This document shows positions 36,043 to 46,874 of a DNA stretch of 64,000 nucleotides, piece after piece. A model generated the notes under the pieces. It ran no database searches. It saw only the letters and a list, made by a program, of their open reading frames with translations, and had not been told where the DNA came from. The DNA is taken from the NCBI GenBank assembly GCA_965277715.1, contig OZ255836.1, positions 4,111,632-4,175,631 on the forward strand, written 5' to 3'. This DNA is from Gammaproteobacteria bacterium (GTDB lineage Bacteria; Pseudomonadota; Gammaproteobacteria; JBCCGL01). The position numbers and the translations under genes are program-made. Every line of letters begins with the position of its first letter. Positions within the stretch are counted from its first letter, which is position 1.

Positions 36043-37611
36043 TAGAATGGCACTTCCTTAAGCTCTAAGTACATGAAAAATATGGAAGTACTTTCATTGT
36101 AAATGACCTATTTCTGTTTTTTGGGATGGCCATATTTTTTAACAACACTTCTGGCCACGTCCCTTGGCTGCATCAATAAAGGATACGGTTTGGGTCTTCG
36201 TTTAACCACTCTTGGTTCAATACGCCCCGGTCGATTACCCACACAGTTTTCTGCAATCAACGCACATAGCGCCAACACCTTATCACTACCCAGAGGGCTA
36301 CCGCCTTTCTGATAACGATACGTTACCCAAATTTGTAACGTATGCTTAAAACTTATCTGTCGAGGCAGTATGTCCACTAGTAAGGCAGATTGCGCCATTA
36401 ATAAGCGAATAAGGTTGTAAGCTAATATGTGTACCCACATTTCCTTCTCAACCATTTCTGGCGTCTTACAACGGAAAGTGTGCATCTTCATTGTCGTTTT
36501 TATATGGCGTAAATCAAGTTCGACATGCCAGCGTTCTTTGTAGAGCTGTTTAAGCGCCTCTTTAGACGCCGATTTAACTGATAACAACGTTGTCACCAAC
36601 AGTTTTTTACCCACTTTCAGTTCACGTATAACCACTTCATCAGCAGCCGCTTCATAGGCTTCTTCGCTCATCCACTCTGGTCTCTTCTTGGGCTTTGTAT
36701 AACAAATCAGATGATCCTTCGATCCAAGCCTTTTGCCTTCTCGAAAATCTGTGGATTTACGCCGCGCACCATGCGGCTCAAATACACCGTCTACTCCTTG
36801 CTCTATAAGGTTTGCTAGAAAAAAATAACCCGCAAAATAGGCATCACCCACCACAATATCACCCGGTTTAAGCGCATTTTGTATTTTTCTCAATAACGTT
36901 TGCTCATCCGCTCCCTTACCTTTAAAAGGACCCATTGCCGCATCGAGAACACCACCACTGGCTAAACAAATAATTCCTACCCAGCGACAAAGAGGAAAAC
37001 CGATCCCCACTTGCTGGCCTGACTGTTGCGGATAAACTACCTGATTTTCAGGCGTATCGGGCATTGTCACAGTGGTGCCGTCAACCAATTTAACTGAACG
37101 CCCTTGCCAGTGCCAGTGACTGGCCGCTTCATTCGCCACACACTCGCCTGTACAACGGGCAAGCCCTGAGACGAGGGGGGTTGGCAGCCTTTGTCGCGCT
37201 TTACAATAACTCCCTGTATACGTATTACTCACTGATAAACCTTCACTTAATCGCTGTACAGCGAGTGTGTTGACAGCTTGTTGGCAGGACTGATCTGCAC
37301 TCATTGTTTGGTATAAAAACAGCGATAAGGTATCTAGAGGAGGATAGCGACGCGCTCGAAAATCCGGTTGTAATTCTTCCAGTTTCGTAAGTAACTGAGA
37401 GGATGTCAGCAAGTGATAAAAACTCAATGCATCCGAGGATTGAGCTCGGCTTTTGATGCGACGTTGAAGAATGTTGACTTTTACATTACTCTGCATGATG
37501 GCTGGTTCCTGTGGGATAAAGGGTATTTGTGTTGGCAACAAATAACCTACCATAGAACCAGCTTTTTTTGTAATTACTTCAAATACTTACAGCTTAAGGA
37601 AGTGCCATTCG
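36043..37611 (-). mobile_element. IS4-family insertion sequence (~1.57 kb) with ~20-bp terminal inverted repeats
   Basis: Left end GAATGGCACTTCCTTAAGCTCT (36043-) and right end AGCTTAAGGAAGTGCCATTC (-37611) are reverse complements of each other. The element encloses a single transposase gene. Confidence 0.7.
36108..37553 (-). CDS. IS4-family DDE transposase
   Basis: 481 aa colinear with IS4-type transposases (…DGTTVTMPDTPEN…, …LLRKIQNALKPGDIVVGDAYFAGY…, …YKERWHVELDLRHIKTTMKMH…LIRLLM…). Confidence 0.85.
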   Translation of the reverse strand: MVGYLLPTQIPFIPQEPAIMQSNVKVNILQRRIKSRAQSSDALSFYHLLTSSQLLTKLEELQPDFRARRYPPLDTLSLFLYQTMSADQSCQQAVNTLAVQRLSEGLSVSNTYTGSYCKARQRLPTPLVSGLARCTGECVANEAASHWHWQGRSVKLVDGTTVTMPDTPENQVVYPQQSGQQVGIGFPLCRWVGIICLASGGVLDAAMGPFKGKGADEQTLLRKIQNALKPGDIVVGDAYFAGYFFLANLIEQGVDGVFEPHGARRKSTDFREGKRLGSKDHLICYTKPKKRPEWMSEEAYEAAADEVVIRELKVGKKLLVTTLLSVKSASKEALKQLYKERWHVELDLRHIKTTMKMHTFRCKTPEMVEKEMWVHILAYNLIRLLMAQSALLVDILPRQISFKHTLQIWVTYRYQKGGSPLGSDKVLALCALIAENCVGNRPGRIEPRVVKRRPKPYPLLMQPRDVARSVVKKYGHPKKQK

Positions 37612-37706
37612 GGTCAAGGCAGTTATTTCCTATATTTCTTGCTGGAAACCACTGTTTTTATCCGTATTAGTCGTTGTATGGTGAATAATAAGCCTGACCC
37701 TCTTGC
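37611..37706. mobile_element. MITE-like ~95-bp repeat element, copy 3, abutting the IS4 right end
   Basis: GGGTCAAGGCAGTTATTTCCTATATTTCTTGCTGGAAACCACTG ... AAGCCTGACCCTCTTGC. It is followed by the short CCTCCCTTG x3 repeat. Confidence 0.55.
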
Positions 37707-37782
37707 CTCCCTTGCCTCCCTTGCTTTCTAATAGTAATCTCCAAAGTGCACACGGTGATAATCGGACTACACGCAGAGGAGG

Positions 37783-38310
37783 TTGTTTTGTTTATTGGGG
37801 AGGGCCGAGATGTTGAATTTATGTAGAACACTTCAATCTTTATTTCTATTTTTTGGGGCAAGTTATATATCCGTGTGTGATGCTGAACTGAACAAAAAAT
37901 ATGAAAAAGTCATCGATAAAAATATTCTTGGGCAAGAAATAGCCACTCTCTACGATAAATTTGGTTACCTTAAACTTGAAGTTGACAATGAATATGCCGA
38001 TCTAGATAGGTTAGAAAGATATTGGTTGGCTATAGACTCACATTATGAGTTTCTAACCTTGCGTACAATAAATGATCTTGTTGTAGAAGTAATCATTCGA
38101 AACCCGGACATAAAGACTGAGCGCGGAATAACAGTTGGAAAAAAACTGGATGAGTTTATCAAGTCTTATCCAGATGCAAATAAGCTTAACACGTACACAA
38201 GTGGTATAAAGAGGCAGTTAATCGCTTATTGTGTTGAGAGTGAGAAACTAGAGGTAGAGTTTTACGAAGGTAAGATATTCGTTTTGAAAATTCTCGATGA
38301 ATGTCATTGA
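37783..38310 (+). CDS. hypothetical secreted protein
   Basis: 175-aa ORF with a signal-like N-terminus (LQSLFLFFGASYISVCDA). AT-rich. Confidence 0.3.
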   Translation: MFCLLGRAEMLNLCRTLQSLFLFFGASYISVCDAELNKKYEKVIDKNILGQEIATLYDKFGYLKLEVDNEYADLDRLERYWLAIDSHYEFLTLRTINDLVVEVIIRNPDIKTERGITVGKKLDEFIKSYPDANKLNTYTSGIKRQLIAYCVESEKLEVEFYEGKIFVLKILDECH

Positions 38311-38582
38311 TATAACCTAAAAGGAAAATGTAGCGTACCGCTTTCTGATCGTATAAATTCCCAAATTATCGATCATAATATTTTTCAGTTTTTCGACGTT
38401 TTTGCCACACTCTGATCATAACAAAAAATATTTTTACCCTATTAAAATCTGACATTTTACCTATCTATATCATACCGGTACGATAACGTCGGCTGGCAAC
38501 GATACTCTCGTAGGCTGCTCTTTATGATGTCATGGGTTAATTTGTAACAGGGAGCACATAGCCTGACACAGGGGGTCAGGCT

Positions 38583-38864
38583 TTGTCTTATAACGCAAAA
38601 CTACCCCATGGTTGGGTAGATGTTGCGACATTTGCCCGCCTAAATCCTAAAATTAAAGGCGTGGGTACTAGTTTGTTTCAAGCCACTACGGACTTTGCAC
38701 GAGGTAAGGACTTTGAATATATCAATGCAACCATAAGAGCGGATAATACAGCAGGGCTTCATACTATTCCAAAATGGGGTTTGTCGATTATTCGGTCGCT
38801 AAAGATGTCCCTTTGCAGGACGGCACACCGGTTGATCGTATCTCTAAAAAATATAATTTGCTGA
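38583..38864 (+). pseudogene. possible C-terminal fragment of a GNAT-family acetyltransferase
   Basis: 93-aa ORF whose sequence resembles only the acetyl-CoA-binding distal half of GNAT enzymes (GVGTSLF ... YINATIRADN). There is no N-terminal half, and it sits in island context. Confidence 0.25.
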
Positions 38865-38894
38865 CCTAATCGTGTTGTAATTAACAGTTTTTGA

Positions 38895-39356
38895 CTACTG
38901 CGAAAACTCACTTCGCTGCCTCACTGCTTTACGTAAATTTTTTAGTTTAGTTGAATTATGTTCTCTATACATAATCTCTGAACCATGCTCAAGCTCTTCA
39001 TAGATTGGCAGTAGTTCGGTTACACCTTCAAAAATCCATTGCACGGGAATTCCTTCAGACCCACCCTTGTATGGTTCTGTTTGATATTTAGCTTCTTCAG
39101 TAATTTTATCGTAAGCATCTTCTAAATTTTCTGCTTGGATGATTATTGTATTTTCCCAAGCCGTAAATCTTTTTTCTGGATCTTCGTTTCCCTGTTCTTC
39201 TAACGCTACAAAGCGAATTATGTAGGAAGCAACATACCATCCAACTGGGGAAATATTCTTATCACTCATGCTTATACCTAACGCTCGCGATTGTAATATC
39301 ACACCAAGGTTGGTCGCTGCAATATTATTGTCAGTTATATAGGGGGCAAGTATCAT
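38895..39356 (-). CDS. hypothetical protein
   Basis: 153-aa ORF at the edge of the AT-rich island. No assignable motif. Confidence 0.3.
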   Translation of the reverse strand: MILAPYITDNNIAATNLGVILQSRALGISMSDKNISPVGWYVASYIIRFVALEEQGNEDPEKRFTAWENTIIIQAENLEDAYDKITEEAKYQTEPYKGGSEGIPVQWIFEGVTELLPIYEELEHGSEIMYREHNSTKLKNLRKAVRQRSEFSQ

Positions 39357-39542
39357 ATTGAACGCTATAGATTAAATCACGTAAAATCGAAATAAAAGAG
39401 CTCGAATATATTTAATTTTTTAAAAAATATTTTCAGTAGAAATTTGTGTTACCACATTATCGTTATAACGCAGTGATGCTACTATGATCATAATATGGTT
39501 GAAAAACGCTGGTTTGTACAACAGTCGTTTGGTAAGTAACAT

Positions 39543-40703
39543 TTATTTATAAGGATCAGCCGCATCTCGCAAACCATCACCAAAAAAGTTAAACGCTAAA
39601 ATAATCAACACGACAGGCACTACGGGAAACATTAACCACGGGTACAGTGCGACTACATTGATATTTTGCGCTTCGTTGAGCAGCACGCCCCAACTGGTGA
39701 TCGGTGGTCGCAGGCCGAGGCCAAGGAAGCTCAAGGCGGTTTCACCGAGTATCATCGCCGGAATAGAGAGTGTCGCCGAGGCGATCAGGTGGCTCATAAA
39801 GCCGGGTAATAAATGGCGTCCAATAATCCGCCCCGGTTTTGCGCCCATCAGTTCAGCCGCTGTGCAGTAATCCTCCTCGCGCAATGCCAGTAGTTTGGAG
39901 CGAACGGCGCGTGCCAGCCCAGTCCAGTCGAGCATGGCGAGGATGACGGTGATGCCAAAGAAAATGAGAATCGGGCTCCAGTTGACGGGCAGTACCGCCG
40001 AGAGTGCCATCCACAGAGGCAGTTCAGGGAATGAGCGGATAATTTCTATACAGCGCTGCACACTCGCATCAACCCAGCCACCGTAGTAACCCGCCAACCC
40101 GCCAATCAGTATGCCGAAGGCAAAACTGATGAAGATGCCAACCAGGCCAATCGTCAATGAAATACGCGCACCATAGGTGATGCGGGAAAACATATCGCGC
40201 CCCAAACGGTCGGTACCCAGCAGAAAGAAGGTGCCGTTCTCTGGGGGACAGACGATATGGAAACTACCTTCAAACAGACCCCAGAACTGGTAGCTGTCGC
40301 CGCTGCAAAAAAACCGCAGAGGTTGCACGTCATTAGGCCTTTCTGGGTAGTTGCGTTTGAGAATTTCCATATCCAGTACGTAGTCACGCCCATAAACAAA
40401 GGGGCCGATAAATTCGCCATTGTGGAACAGGTGCACGCTTTGTGGCGGCGAGTAGATATAGTCGGTATTGCGTGTATGCAGGTTATATGGTGCGATAATT
40501 TCGCTAAATAATACCGAGCCGTAGTTGAGCGCGAGGATAATGCCGCAGATAACCGCCAGGCGGTGGCGTTTGAGTTTCCACCACATCAGCATCCATTGCG
40601 AGGCGAGGTAGTATTTTTCCTGTGCCGGTGTTAGCGATTCGATTGACTGCGGGTCAAAGGTCGCGCTGGACACATAGTGTTCTATACGGTCTTGTCGGCT
40701 CAT
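39543..40703 (-). CDS. peptide ABC transporter permease (YejE/OppC-like, BPD_transp_1)
   Basis: 386 aa, polytopic, with the permease EAA-like loop region (…ALREEDYCTAAELMGAKPGRIIGRHLLPG…). Last gene of a 4-gene minus-strand transporter operon. Confidence 0.7.
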   Translation of the reverse strand: MSRQDRIEHYVSSATFDPQSIESLTPAQEKYYLASQWMLMWWKLKRHRLAVICGIILALNYGSVLFSEIIAPYNLHTRNTDYIYSPPQSVHLFHNGEFIGPFVYGRDYVLDMEILKRNYPERPNDVQPLRFFCSGDSYQFWGLFEGSFHIVCPPENGTFFLLGTDRLGRDMFSRITYGARISLTIGLVGIFISFAFGILIGGLAGYYGGWVDASVQRCIEIIRSFPELPLWMALSAVLPVNWSPILIFFGITVILAMLDWTGLARAVRSKLLALREEDYCTAAELMGAKPGRIIGRHLLPGFMSHLIASATLSIPAMILGETALSFLGLGLRPPITSWGVLLNEAQNINVVALYPWLMFPVVPVVLIILAFNFFGDGLRDAADPYK

Positions 40704-41698
40704 TTCGCCAGGTCTCCCTGTAAACGGATGCGCGGATCAAGCAGGGCCAGCGCTATATCGGAAACCAGTACACCGAATACGGTGAGTACAGCGAGAAACA
40801 TCAGGAAGGAGCCCGCCAGGTACATATCCTGGCTTTGCAGCGCTGCCAATAGAATCGGCCCGGTGGTGGGAAGCGACATGACCACTGCGACGATCTCAGC
40901 ACCTGAGATTACAGTGGGCAGTAAATTGCCAATGTCGGCAATAAAGAAATTCAGCGATACCCGCAAAGGGTATTTCCTCAGTAGTTTACCCGGTGGCAGG
41001 CCTTTCGCCCGGCCCGTCACTACGTATTGTTTTTGCAGTTCGTCGAGCAGGTTGGCACGCAACCGGCGGATCATACCGGCGGTTCCCGAGGTGCCGATAA
41101 CAACGACTGGTATCCACAGGTGTTCCAGCACCGAGATTAGTTTGTCGACGCTCCACGGTGCATCGATGTACTCGGCTGCCATCAGGCCGCCAATCGAGGT
41201 GCCAAAATACACATTGGCAAAGTACAACATCACCAGTGCCAACAGAAAATTGGGTGTGGCCAGGCCGAGAAAACCCAATAGTGATAAACCGTAATCGCCC
41301 CAGCTATATTGGTGTGTCGCCGAGTAGATGCCAATCGGGAAAGCCACCGCCCAGGTGAATAGGATCGTGACGGCAGAAATCAGCACGGTGAGAAACAAGC
41401 GGTCACCGACGACATCGGTAACGGGCAGGTTGTATTCAAATGAGTAGCCAAAATCACCTTGCAGCATACCGGTGACCCAGAAAAAATATTGTTTGTAGAG
41501 TGGTTGATCCAGTCGGTATTGCTCGCGGAGAAAGGCGATTTTTTGTTCGTCGACAGACTCACCCTGGCTTTGCAGCTCGGCCATATAGCTTTCCAGGTAG
41601 TCACCCGGTGGCAATTGAATGATGACAAACACCAGTATGCTGATGACCAACAGCGTGGGGATCATCGTCAACAGACGACGAATAATATAGGTGGCCAT
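40700..41698 (-). CDS. peptide ABC transporter permease (YejB/OppB-like)
   Basis: Typical N-terminus ([34 protein letters not shown]) and permease motif (…TGRAKGLPPGKLLRKYPLR…). I place the start at the internal ATG (41698), which overlaps the SBP stop by 1 nt. The six-frame ORF extends to 41722. Confidence 0.7.
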   Translation of the reverse strand: MATYIIRRLLTMIPTLLVISILVFVIIQLPPGDYLESYMAELQSQGESVDEQKIAFLREQYRLDQPLYKQYFFWVTGMLQGDFGYSFEYNLPVTDVVGDRLFLTVLISAVTILFTWAVAFPIGIYSATHQYSWGDYGLSLLGFLGLATPNFLLALVMLYFANVYFGTSIGGLMAAEYIDAPWSVDKLISVLEHLWIPVVVIGTSGTAGMIRRLRANLLDELQKQYVVTGRAKGLPPGKLLRKYPLRVSLNFFIADIGNLLPTVISGAEIVAVVMSLPTTGPILLAALQSQDMYLAGSFLMFLAVLTVFGVLVSDIALALLDPRIRLQGDLAK

Positions 41699-43611
41699 TA
41701 GCGTCGTGCCTCGTCGAACCAAAAAGTATCGGGTTTATAAATACCAAAATAAGCGCCGGGTTCGATGTCGTAAAAACCCTGTTTTGGCACGTTGTGCAGG
41801 TGGTTATTCACCACCACCGGGTGTTGTACACCGGTGATGATGCCAATGCTGAATAATTGATCCCGGTGTATCGCCAGCATACGGTGCCATATGCGTTCAC
41901 GCTCCGCTACGGTGGCCGCCTGTCGCCATGCTTTGTTTAAACTCACCAGCTCTATAGCACCTGGCAGGTTGGGTGGTTCGCCACTTGCGCCGCTGCTCTC
42001 GTAGTATTGTCCCCATTTGGGCCACTGGTATTGGTATTTAGAGGTGGGTGCCAGATCCGCCGGACTGGAGTTGGGGGTTGGCAGGGCGTTAGCCAGGCCA
42101 GACCAGATCGACATAACCGCGTCGCCGGAAAAGATACGGTTGCGAAATACTTCGCGGGTTGAGGGGATGCTGTAGAGCTTGATACCGACCTTTAGCCAAC
42201 TGTCGTGGATCAATTCGAGTACATCGGTTTGCTCGGTGCTCTCGCCAGCGGTTTGAATCAGAATTTCCAATGGGCGACCATCTGGCATCAGGCGCACACC
42301 GCGATCATCGCGTTCGGTGAGACCGAGTTCGTCGAGTAGGGCGTTGGCTTGTGCCAGGTCGTATTCGATCCAGGATTTTTGGTATTCCGGTTTAAACATT
42401 GGGCATTCAGGTAATACTGTGTTGTTGCTTTCCATCACCAGGCGAAAATAGACTACCTGATTGATTTCGTAGCGGTGAATGGCCAGGGATAGCGCCCGCC
42501 TGAAACGCACATCGCGTAGCAGGGTGCGGATGACTTCATCGTTGGTGTTCAGGTTGGGAAACAGTGCAATGTGCGAGCCTTTGGCCGTTTTCCACAGGCG
42601 CACATCAAAGTTGTTGCGCTTGGCCGATTGCTTAAGAAAGGTGTAGTTGTCCATGCGCAGATAGCGGGCCTGTAGGTCTGCCTCACCTGCACCGGCTTTG
42701 GCTGGTACCAGTTTACTGGAGGCAATGTTGATGGCGATGCTGTCGATATACGGCAATTGACGGCCATTACTGTCGATGCGGTGGTAGTAGGGGTTGCGCT
42801 TGAAGATAAACCGTTCTGATGGTGGATAGGTGGTATTCACCCAGGGTTGCAGTGTGGGTAAGTCCGGGTTGGTGGCTTTGTAGGGACGGTCATGGTTGAC
42901 GTGTACCCCCATCCAGTTGCGCGCTTTGTACTGCTCAATCAGTTCGGCTATGCGGGCCTCACTTTGGTAGCGTTTGTGAAATTGGCGCAGGTAGTGGGCG
43001 GGCTTGTAAATGTATAACGGGCGGGGGGCTGCCAATGCCGGTAGAAAAAACGGGTTTGGTTGCGACCAGCTATAGCGCACTGTGTATGCGTCGATAAATT
43101 CGACTGTGGGTGCTTCACCGTCGATTAATAATTGTTTGGGTGGCCCGCCTTTGGCAAGCTCCGGGTCGTTGGCGATGTCTTCCCAGTAGTAGCGAAAATC
43201 ATCGCTGGTGAATGGGTGTCCGTCTGACCAGCGGTGGCCTTTGCGCAGGTGCAGAGTAAAAATGCGCTCCTGCTCAATGTCGATGCTTTCCAGAATATCG
43301 GCTTGCAAGGTCAAGTCAGGGGTGTAACCCACCAGGCGTGCGTAGCCATAAATCACAATTTGGCGGATGTCTTTCTGTTTGCCCATCAGTAAGCGCATTT
43401 GCCCACCGTGCTTACCGGGTTTGAATTCACCTTCGAAGGTCACTAGCTGCGCCTGCTTGGGGATGCGTTCACCGACCGGTGGCAACTCACCACTGTCCAC
43501 CTGTTGTTGCAGTGATGGGGTTTCGATGAGTGTCGCAGCGCCTGCCGGTTTATACACGGTGCCAGGCAATACGGTACTGGCGACGATCAGGGTAATAGCT
43601 AGGTACTTCAC
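41698..43611 (-). CDS. extracellular solute-binding protein, family 5 (YejA/MbnE-like oligopeptide-binding protein)
   Basis: ~637 aa with a signal peptide ([19 protein letters not shown]…) and the large size typical of SBP_bac_5. A likely GTG start at 43611 overlaps the ATPase stop (GTGA). The six-frame ORF extends to 43635. Confidence 0.65.
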   Translation of the reverse strand: MKYLAITLIVASTVLPGTVYKPAGAATLIETPSLQQQVDSGELPPVGERIPKQAQLVTFEGEFKPGKHGGQMRLLMGKQKDIRQIVIYGYARLVGYTPDLTLQADILESIDIEQERIFTLHLRKGHRWSDGHPFTSDDFRYYWEDIANDPELAKGGPPKQLLIDGEAPTVEFIDAYTVRYSWSQPNPFFLPALAAPRPLYIYKPAHYLRQFHKRYQSEARIAELIEQYKARNWMGVHVNHDRPYKATNPDLPTLQPWVNTTYPPSERFIFKRNPYYHRIDSNGRQLPYIDSIAINIASSKLVPAKAGAGEADLQARYLRMDNYTFLKQSAKRNNFDVRLWKTAKGSHIALFPNLNTNDEVIRTLLRDVRFRRALSLAIHRYEINQVVYFRLVMESNNTVLPECPMFKPEYQKSWIEYDLAQANALLDELGLTERDDRGVRLMPDGRPLEILIQTAGESTEQTDVLELIHDSWLKVGIKLYSIPSTREVFRNRIFSGDAVMSIWSGLANALPTPNSSPADLAPTSKYQYQWPKWGQYYESSGASGEPPNLPGAIELVSLNKAWRQAATVAERERIWHRMLAIHRDQLFSIGIITGVQHPVVVNNHLHNVPKQGFYDIEPGAYFGIYKPDTFWFDEARR

Positions 43612-45506
43612 GCGGCCAGCTCCGAGGGGTTGCAATGGGCGGCGACACGTACAAAGTGCCCGTCACCCAATGGCAGAAAGGTCATAGGCGAATTGCCATC
43701 AATGGTAAAAGGGGGGTGCCATAGCGAAGGGTCAGAGGCGGCACCGTCGGTAATGGCCGTAAAATCGAGCGGTTGGTTCAACTCGGGGTGCGGTACGGCG
43801 GAGAGTAAGGCCTGTGTATAAGGGTGTACTGGGTTGGCGAACAATACCTCGCGGGGGGCCATTTCCACCAGCCGACCACGGCACATTACGGCAATGCGGT
43901 CGGCGATATAGTTGATGACGGCCAGGTTGTGTGAGATAAAAATATAGGTTAACCCCAGTTCTTGTTGCAGGTCTTTGAGTAAATTCAGCACCTGTGCCTG
44001 AATCGATACATCGAGCGCCGATACCGGCTCATCACAGATCAATAAATCGGGTTGTAGTGACAGTGCGCGGGCGATACCGATGCGCTGTCGCTGGCCGCCG
44101 GAGAAGCTGTGTGGGTAACGGTTTAAGAAGCGTGGGTCCATACCCACTAAGCGCATCAGCTCGGTGGTGGTGTCGCGCTGTGAAGCGTGATCCCCCATTT
44201 TATGCACGACCAGAGGTTCACGTAAAATATCAAAAATAGTCATTCTGGGGCTAAGCGCGCTGAAAGGGTCCTGGAAAATAAACTGCATTTTGCGACGGAA
44301 AGCCGATAAGGCATCACCTTTGAGAGCACGCACATCGATCAGTTGCCCGCGATCATTGTATTCGATTTTACCTGTATCGGGTGTAATGGCGCGCATGATG
44401 ATTTTGCTCAATGTGGTCTTGCCACAACCGCTTTCACCCACCAACCCAAAGCACTCGCCCTGCTTTACATCGAAAGATACATCGTCGACCGCCAGCAGTT
44501 TTGAGGCCTGATTGCCGAACCAGCTGCCACTGTGCAGCGTATAGGCTTTGCTGATGCCCTGAATGCGCAGGTGCGGTGTATCGGCACTGTTTTCCGGCCA
44601 GGGCGTTTTATTTTTACCGATAGAGCCAATTTCATATTTGATTTCCCGCACGGGCACCAGGCGCTCCCCCTCGTCCATATCAAAGCGCGGCACCGCGTGC
44701 ATCAGGGCATTCAGGTAAGGGTGCTCAGGTTTGCTGAACAAGGTATCCAGCGGGCCGCTCTCCATGATCTTACCGTGGTACATCACAACAACCTGATCGG
44801 CCATATTGGCGACTACCCCGAGGTCGTGGGTAATCAGTAGCAGGGCCATGCCCAGTTCGTTTTGCAGTTCTTTAATCAGCTTGAGAATACGCGCCTGAAT
44901 GGTGACATCCAGTGCAGTGGTGGGTTCATCGGCAATCAGCAGCGTGGGGCGGCAGATCATCGCCATCGCAATCATGGCGCGTTGGCGCAGCCCGCCGGAC
45001 AGTTCAAAGGGATACATGCGCAATGCACGGCGGGGGTTGGGGAAACCGACCTGACCGAGCATCGCCTCGGTAAGTTTTAAGCCCTCCTGGGGGCTGGCAT
45101 CGCGGTGTAGAAACAGGGCCTCGCTAATCTGGTCGCCAATGGTATGTACGGGGGACAGCGAGGTCATGGGCTCCTGGAAAATAATGGAGACGCGGCCACC
45201 GCGAATCTGGCGCATGGCGGCACTTTCCGGGTCGAGTGCTGCGATATCGGTAAACGCATCGCTGTTATCACCCTGATGATTGTTGGCGAGGTCATTATTC
45301 GCCAGTAGAATATGACCGGCAGTAATGCGTGCGGCACGCGGCAAAATGCCCATTATCGCCTGCGAAGTGACCGATTTGCCAGAGCCGGATTCCCCTACCA
45401 GCGCGACCGTTTCACCGGGGTTTATGCCAAACGATACGTCGCTGACCGCAGCAATTGGGTTGCCGTGTAGATTGAAATCGACGGCTAAATTTTCTACTGA
45501 CAACAA
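43608..45506 (-). CDS. ABC transporter ATP-binding protein with two fused ATPase domains (YejF-like)
   Basis: Two Walker A motifs ([16 protein letters not shown]), two ABC signatures ([16 protein letters not shown]) and two Walker B motifs, in 632 aa. Confidence 0.8.
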   Translation of the reverse strand: MLSVENLAVDFNLHGNPIAAVSDVSFGINPGETVALVGESGSGKSVTSQAIMGILPRAARITAGHILLANNDLANNHQGDNSDAFTDIAALDPESAAMRQIRGGRVSIIFQEPMTSLSPVHTIGDQISEALFLHRDASPQEGLKLTEAMLGQVGFPNPRRALRMYPFELSGGLRQRAMIAMAMICRPTLLIADEPTTALDVTIQARILKLIKELQNELGMALLLITHDLGVVANMADQVVVMYHGKIMESGPLDTLFSKPEHPYLNALMHAVPRFDMDEGERLVPVREIKYEIGSIGKNKTPWPENSADTPHLRIQGISKAYTLHSGSWFGNQASKLLAVDDVSFDVKQGECFGLVGESGCGKTTLSKIIMRAITPDTGKIEYNDRGQLIDVRALKGDALSAFRRKMQFIFQDPFSALSPRMTIFDILREPLVVHKMGDHASQRDTTTELMRLVGMDPRFLNRYPHSFSGGQRQRIGIARALSLQPDLLICDEPVSALDVSIQAQVLNLLKDLQQELGLTYIFISHNLAVINYIADRIAVMCRGRLVEMAPREVLFANPVHPYTQALLSAVPHPELNQPLDFTAITDGAASDPSLWHPPFTIDGNSPMTFLPLGDGHFVRVAAHCNPSELAA

Positions 45507-45785
45507 GGCGGATTGTTTTGTTGTGTTGTTAATAAATCGCTCCTCATTTGGCCTGGCGGTTGGCTATCTTGCTTGTTTGGCACATTTAGATACCCGGTTG
45601 TTATATCACCATAAAGCCGCTTATTTTACCGTGCTGATGCCATTTACACAGCCACGGTATTTTTAGTGTGATCCTTTATAACGGATTTTTGGTTTTGGTT
45701 CGACTTAATATTGATTTTTTACGCTAGACGCCATGTATTTACTTGGTATTTGCTTGTGTACAAGTTAATACATGGGGTCTAGATC

Positions 45786-46874
45786 TTAGGTATTGAGTAG
45801 CTTTACACCTAACCCCGACGCCCGGGTCGTGCGCATATACCCCTCTTCTATTTTAAAGCCGCCACTGACAATATCACGCGCCAGATCAAGGCTGCCATCC
45901 AGGTCGATATAGCGCGTTGCCGGTGATGAAAATGCGGCGTGCAAGGCGGCACTGATACTGACAATGCTCTCGTCCATGCACCCCCACATCAATTTAATAC
46001 CGGCGATATCGGCAATATCGGCGATGCGTCTGGCGCTGTATATGCCACCGCATTTCATTAGCTTGATCACAAAAATGCCACAGGCCCCCACCATTTCGTT
46101 ATCGTGCCGGTTGGCCAGCCGCAATGCATCGGACTCATTGAGCAGGCTCTCATCGGCGGCGATCTGCTGACGTCTGGCAGTGGGTAGCCGCCACAGTTTT
46201 TCATCGTATTTTGTCGACATGGGCTGTTCGATAAATTCGAGGTTGAGCGCCCGTGTTTCACGGCTAAAACGCACCAGATCCTCGGGCGAATAGCCCTGAT
46301 TGGGATCGACCCGGATCGCCACCGTCTTTTTGTAGCGCTCGCGGAGTTTGTGCAGGCGCTCGATATCATCTTCAACCGCGTGGCCGAGTTTGACTTTCAG
46401 TGCGCGAAACCCCCGGCCAACATACTCTTCGGCTTCGGTGAGTGTTTCCCGCAATGGTTTGATACCGATGGTGATGGATGTGGGCAGGGTATCGTGTGAC
46501 CGACCGAGTACCTCGACCAGTGGCCGTTGCAAATACTGGCCCAGCAGGTCGTGCAGGGCAATATCAATGGCGGCGCGTGCCGCAGGTGTTTTCGGCATAA
46601 GCCGGGCCAGTTCTCGACTGATTGCATGGATGCTGCGTATATCCCGGCCAATCAGCCAGGCCAATGGGTCGGGCGCGAGCGCTTCGCTACAGGCGCTGGG
46701 TGTCTCGCCAGTGACGTGAGGCTCAGGGCTGGCGGTGCCGATGCCAATAAGACCAAGATTGGTGTCGATTTCAACAACATTATTTTGCACAGCCTCCACC
46801 TTACGAAAGGCAATTTCATAGGGGCGGGTCAGTTTGAATTGCTCAACACGGCTGCGAATGGCAGTGATTTTCAT
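45786..46874 (-). CDS. enolase-superfamily dipeptide epimerase (L-Ala-D/L-Glu epimerase-like, MR/MLE family)
   Basis: 362 aa with an MR_MLE N-terminal capping domain and a barrel with metal ligands (KVKLG..., VDPNQGY, …FIEQP…). It overlaps the upstream DUF1611 gene by 4 nt. Confidence 0.65.
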   Translation of the reverse strand: MKITAIRSRVEQFKLTRPYEIAFRKVEAVQNNVVEIDTNLGLIGIGTASPEPHVTGETPSACSEALAPDPLAWLIGRDIRSIHAISRELARLMPKTPAARAAIDIALHDLLGQYLQRPLVEVLGRSHDTLPTSITIGIKPLRETLTEAEEYVGRGFRALKVKLGHAVEDDIERLHKLRERYKKTVAIRVDPNQGYSPEDLVRFSRETRALNLEFIEQPMSTKYDEKLWRLPTARRQQIAADESLLNESDALRLANRHDNEMVGACGIFVIKLMKCGGIYSARRIADIADIAGIKLMWGCMDESIVSISAALHAAFSSPATRYIDLDGSLDLARDIVSGGFKIEEGYMRTTRASGLGVKLLNT

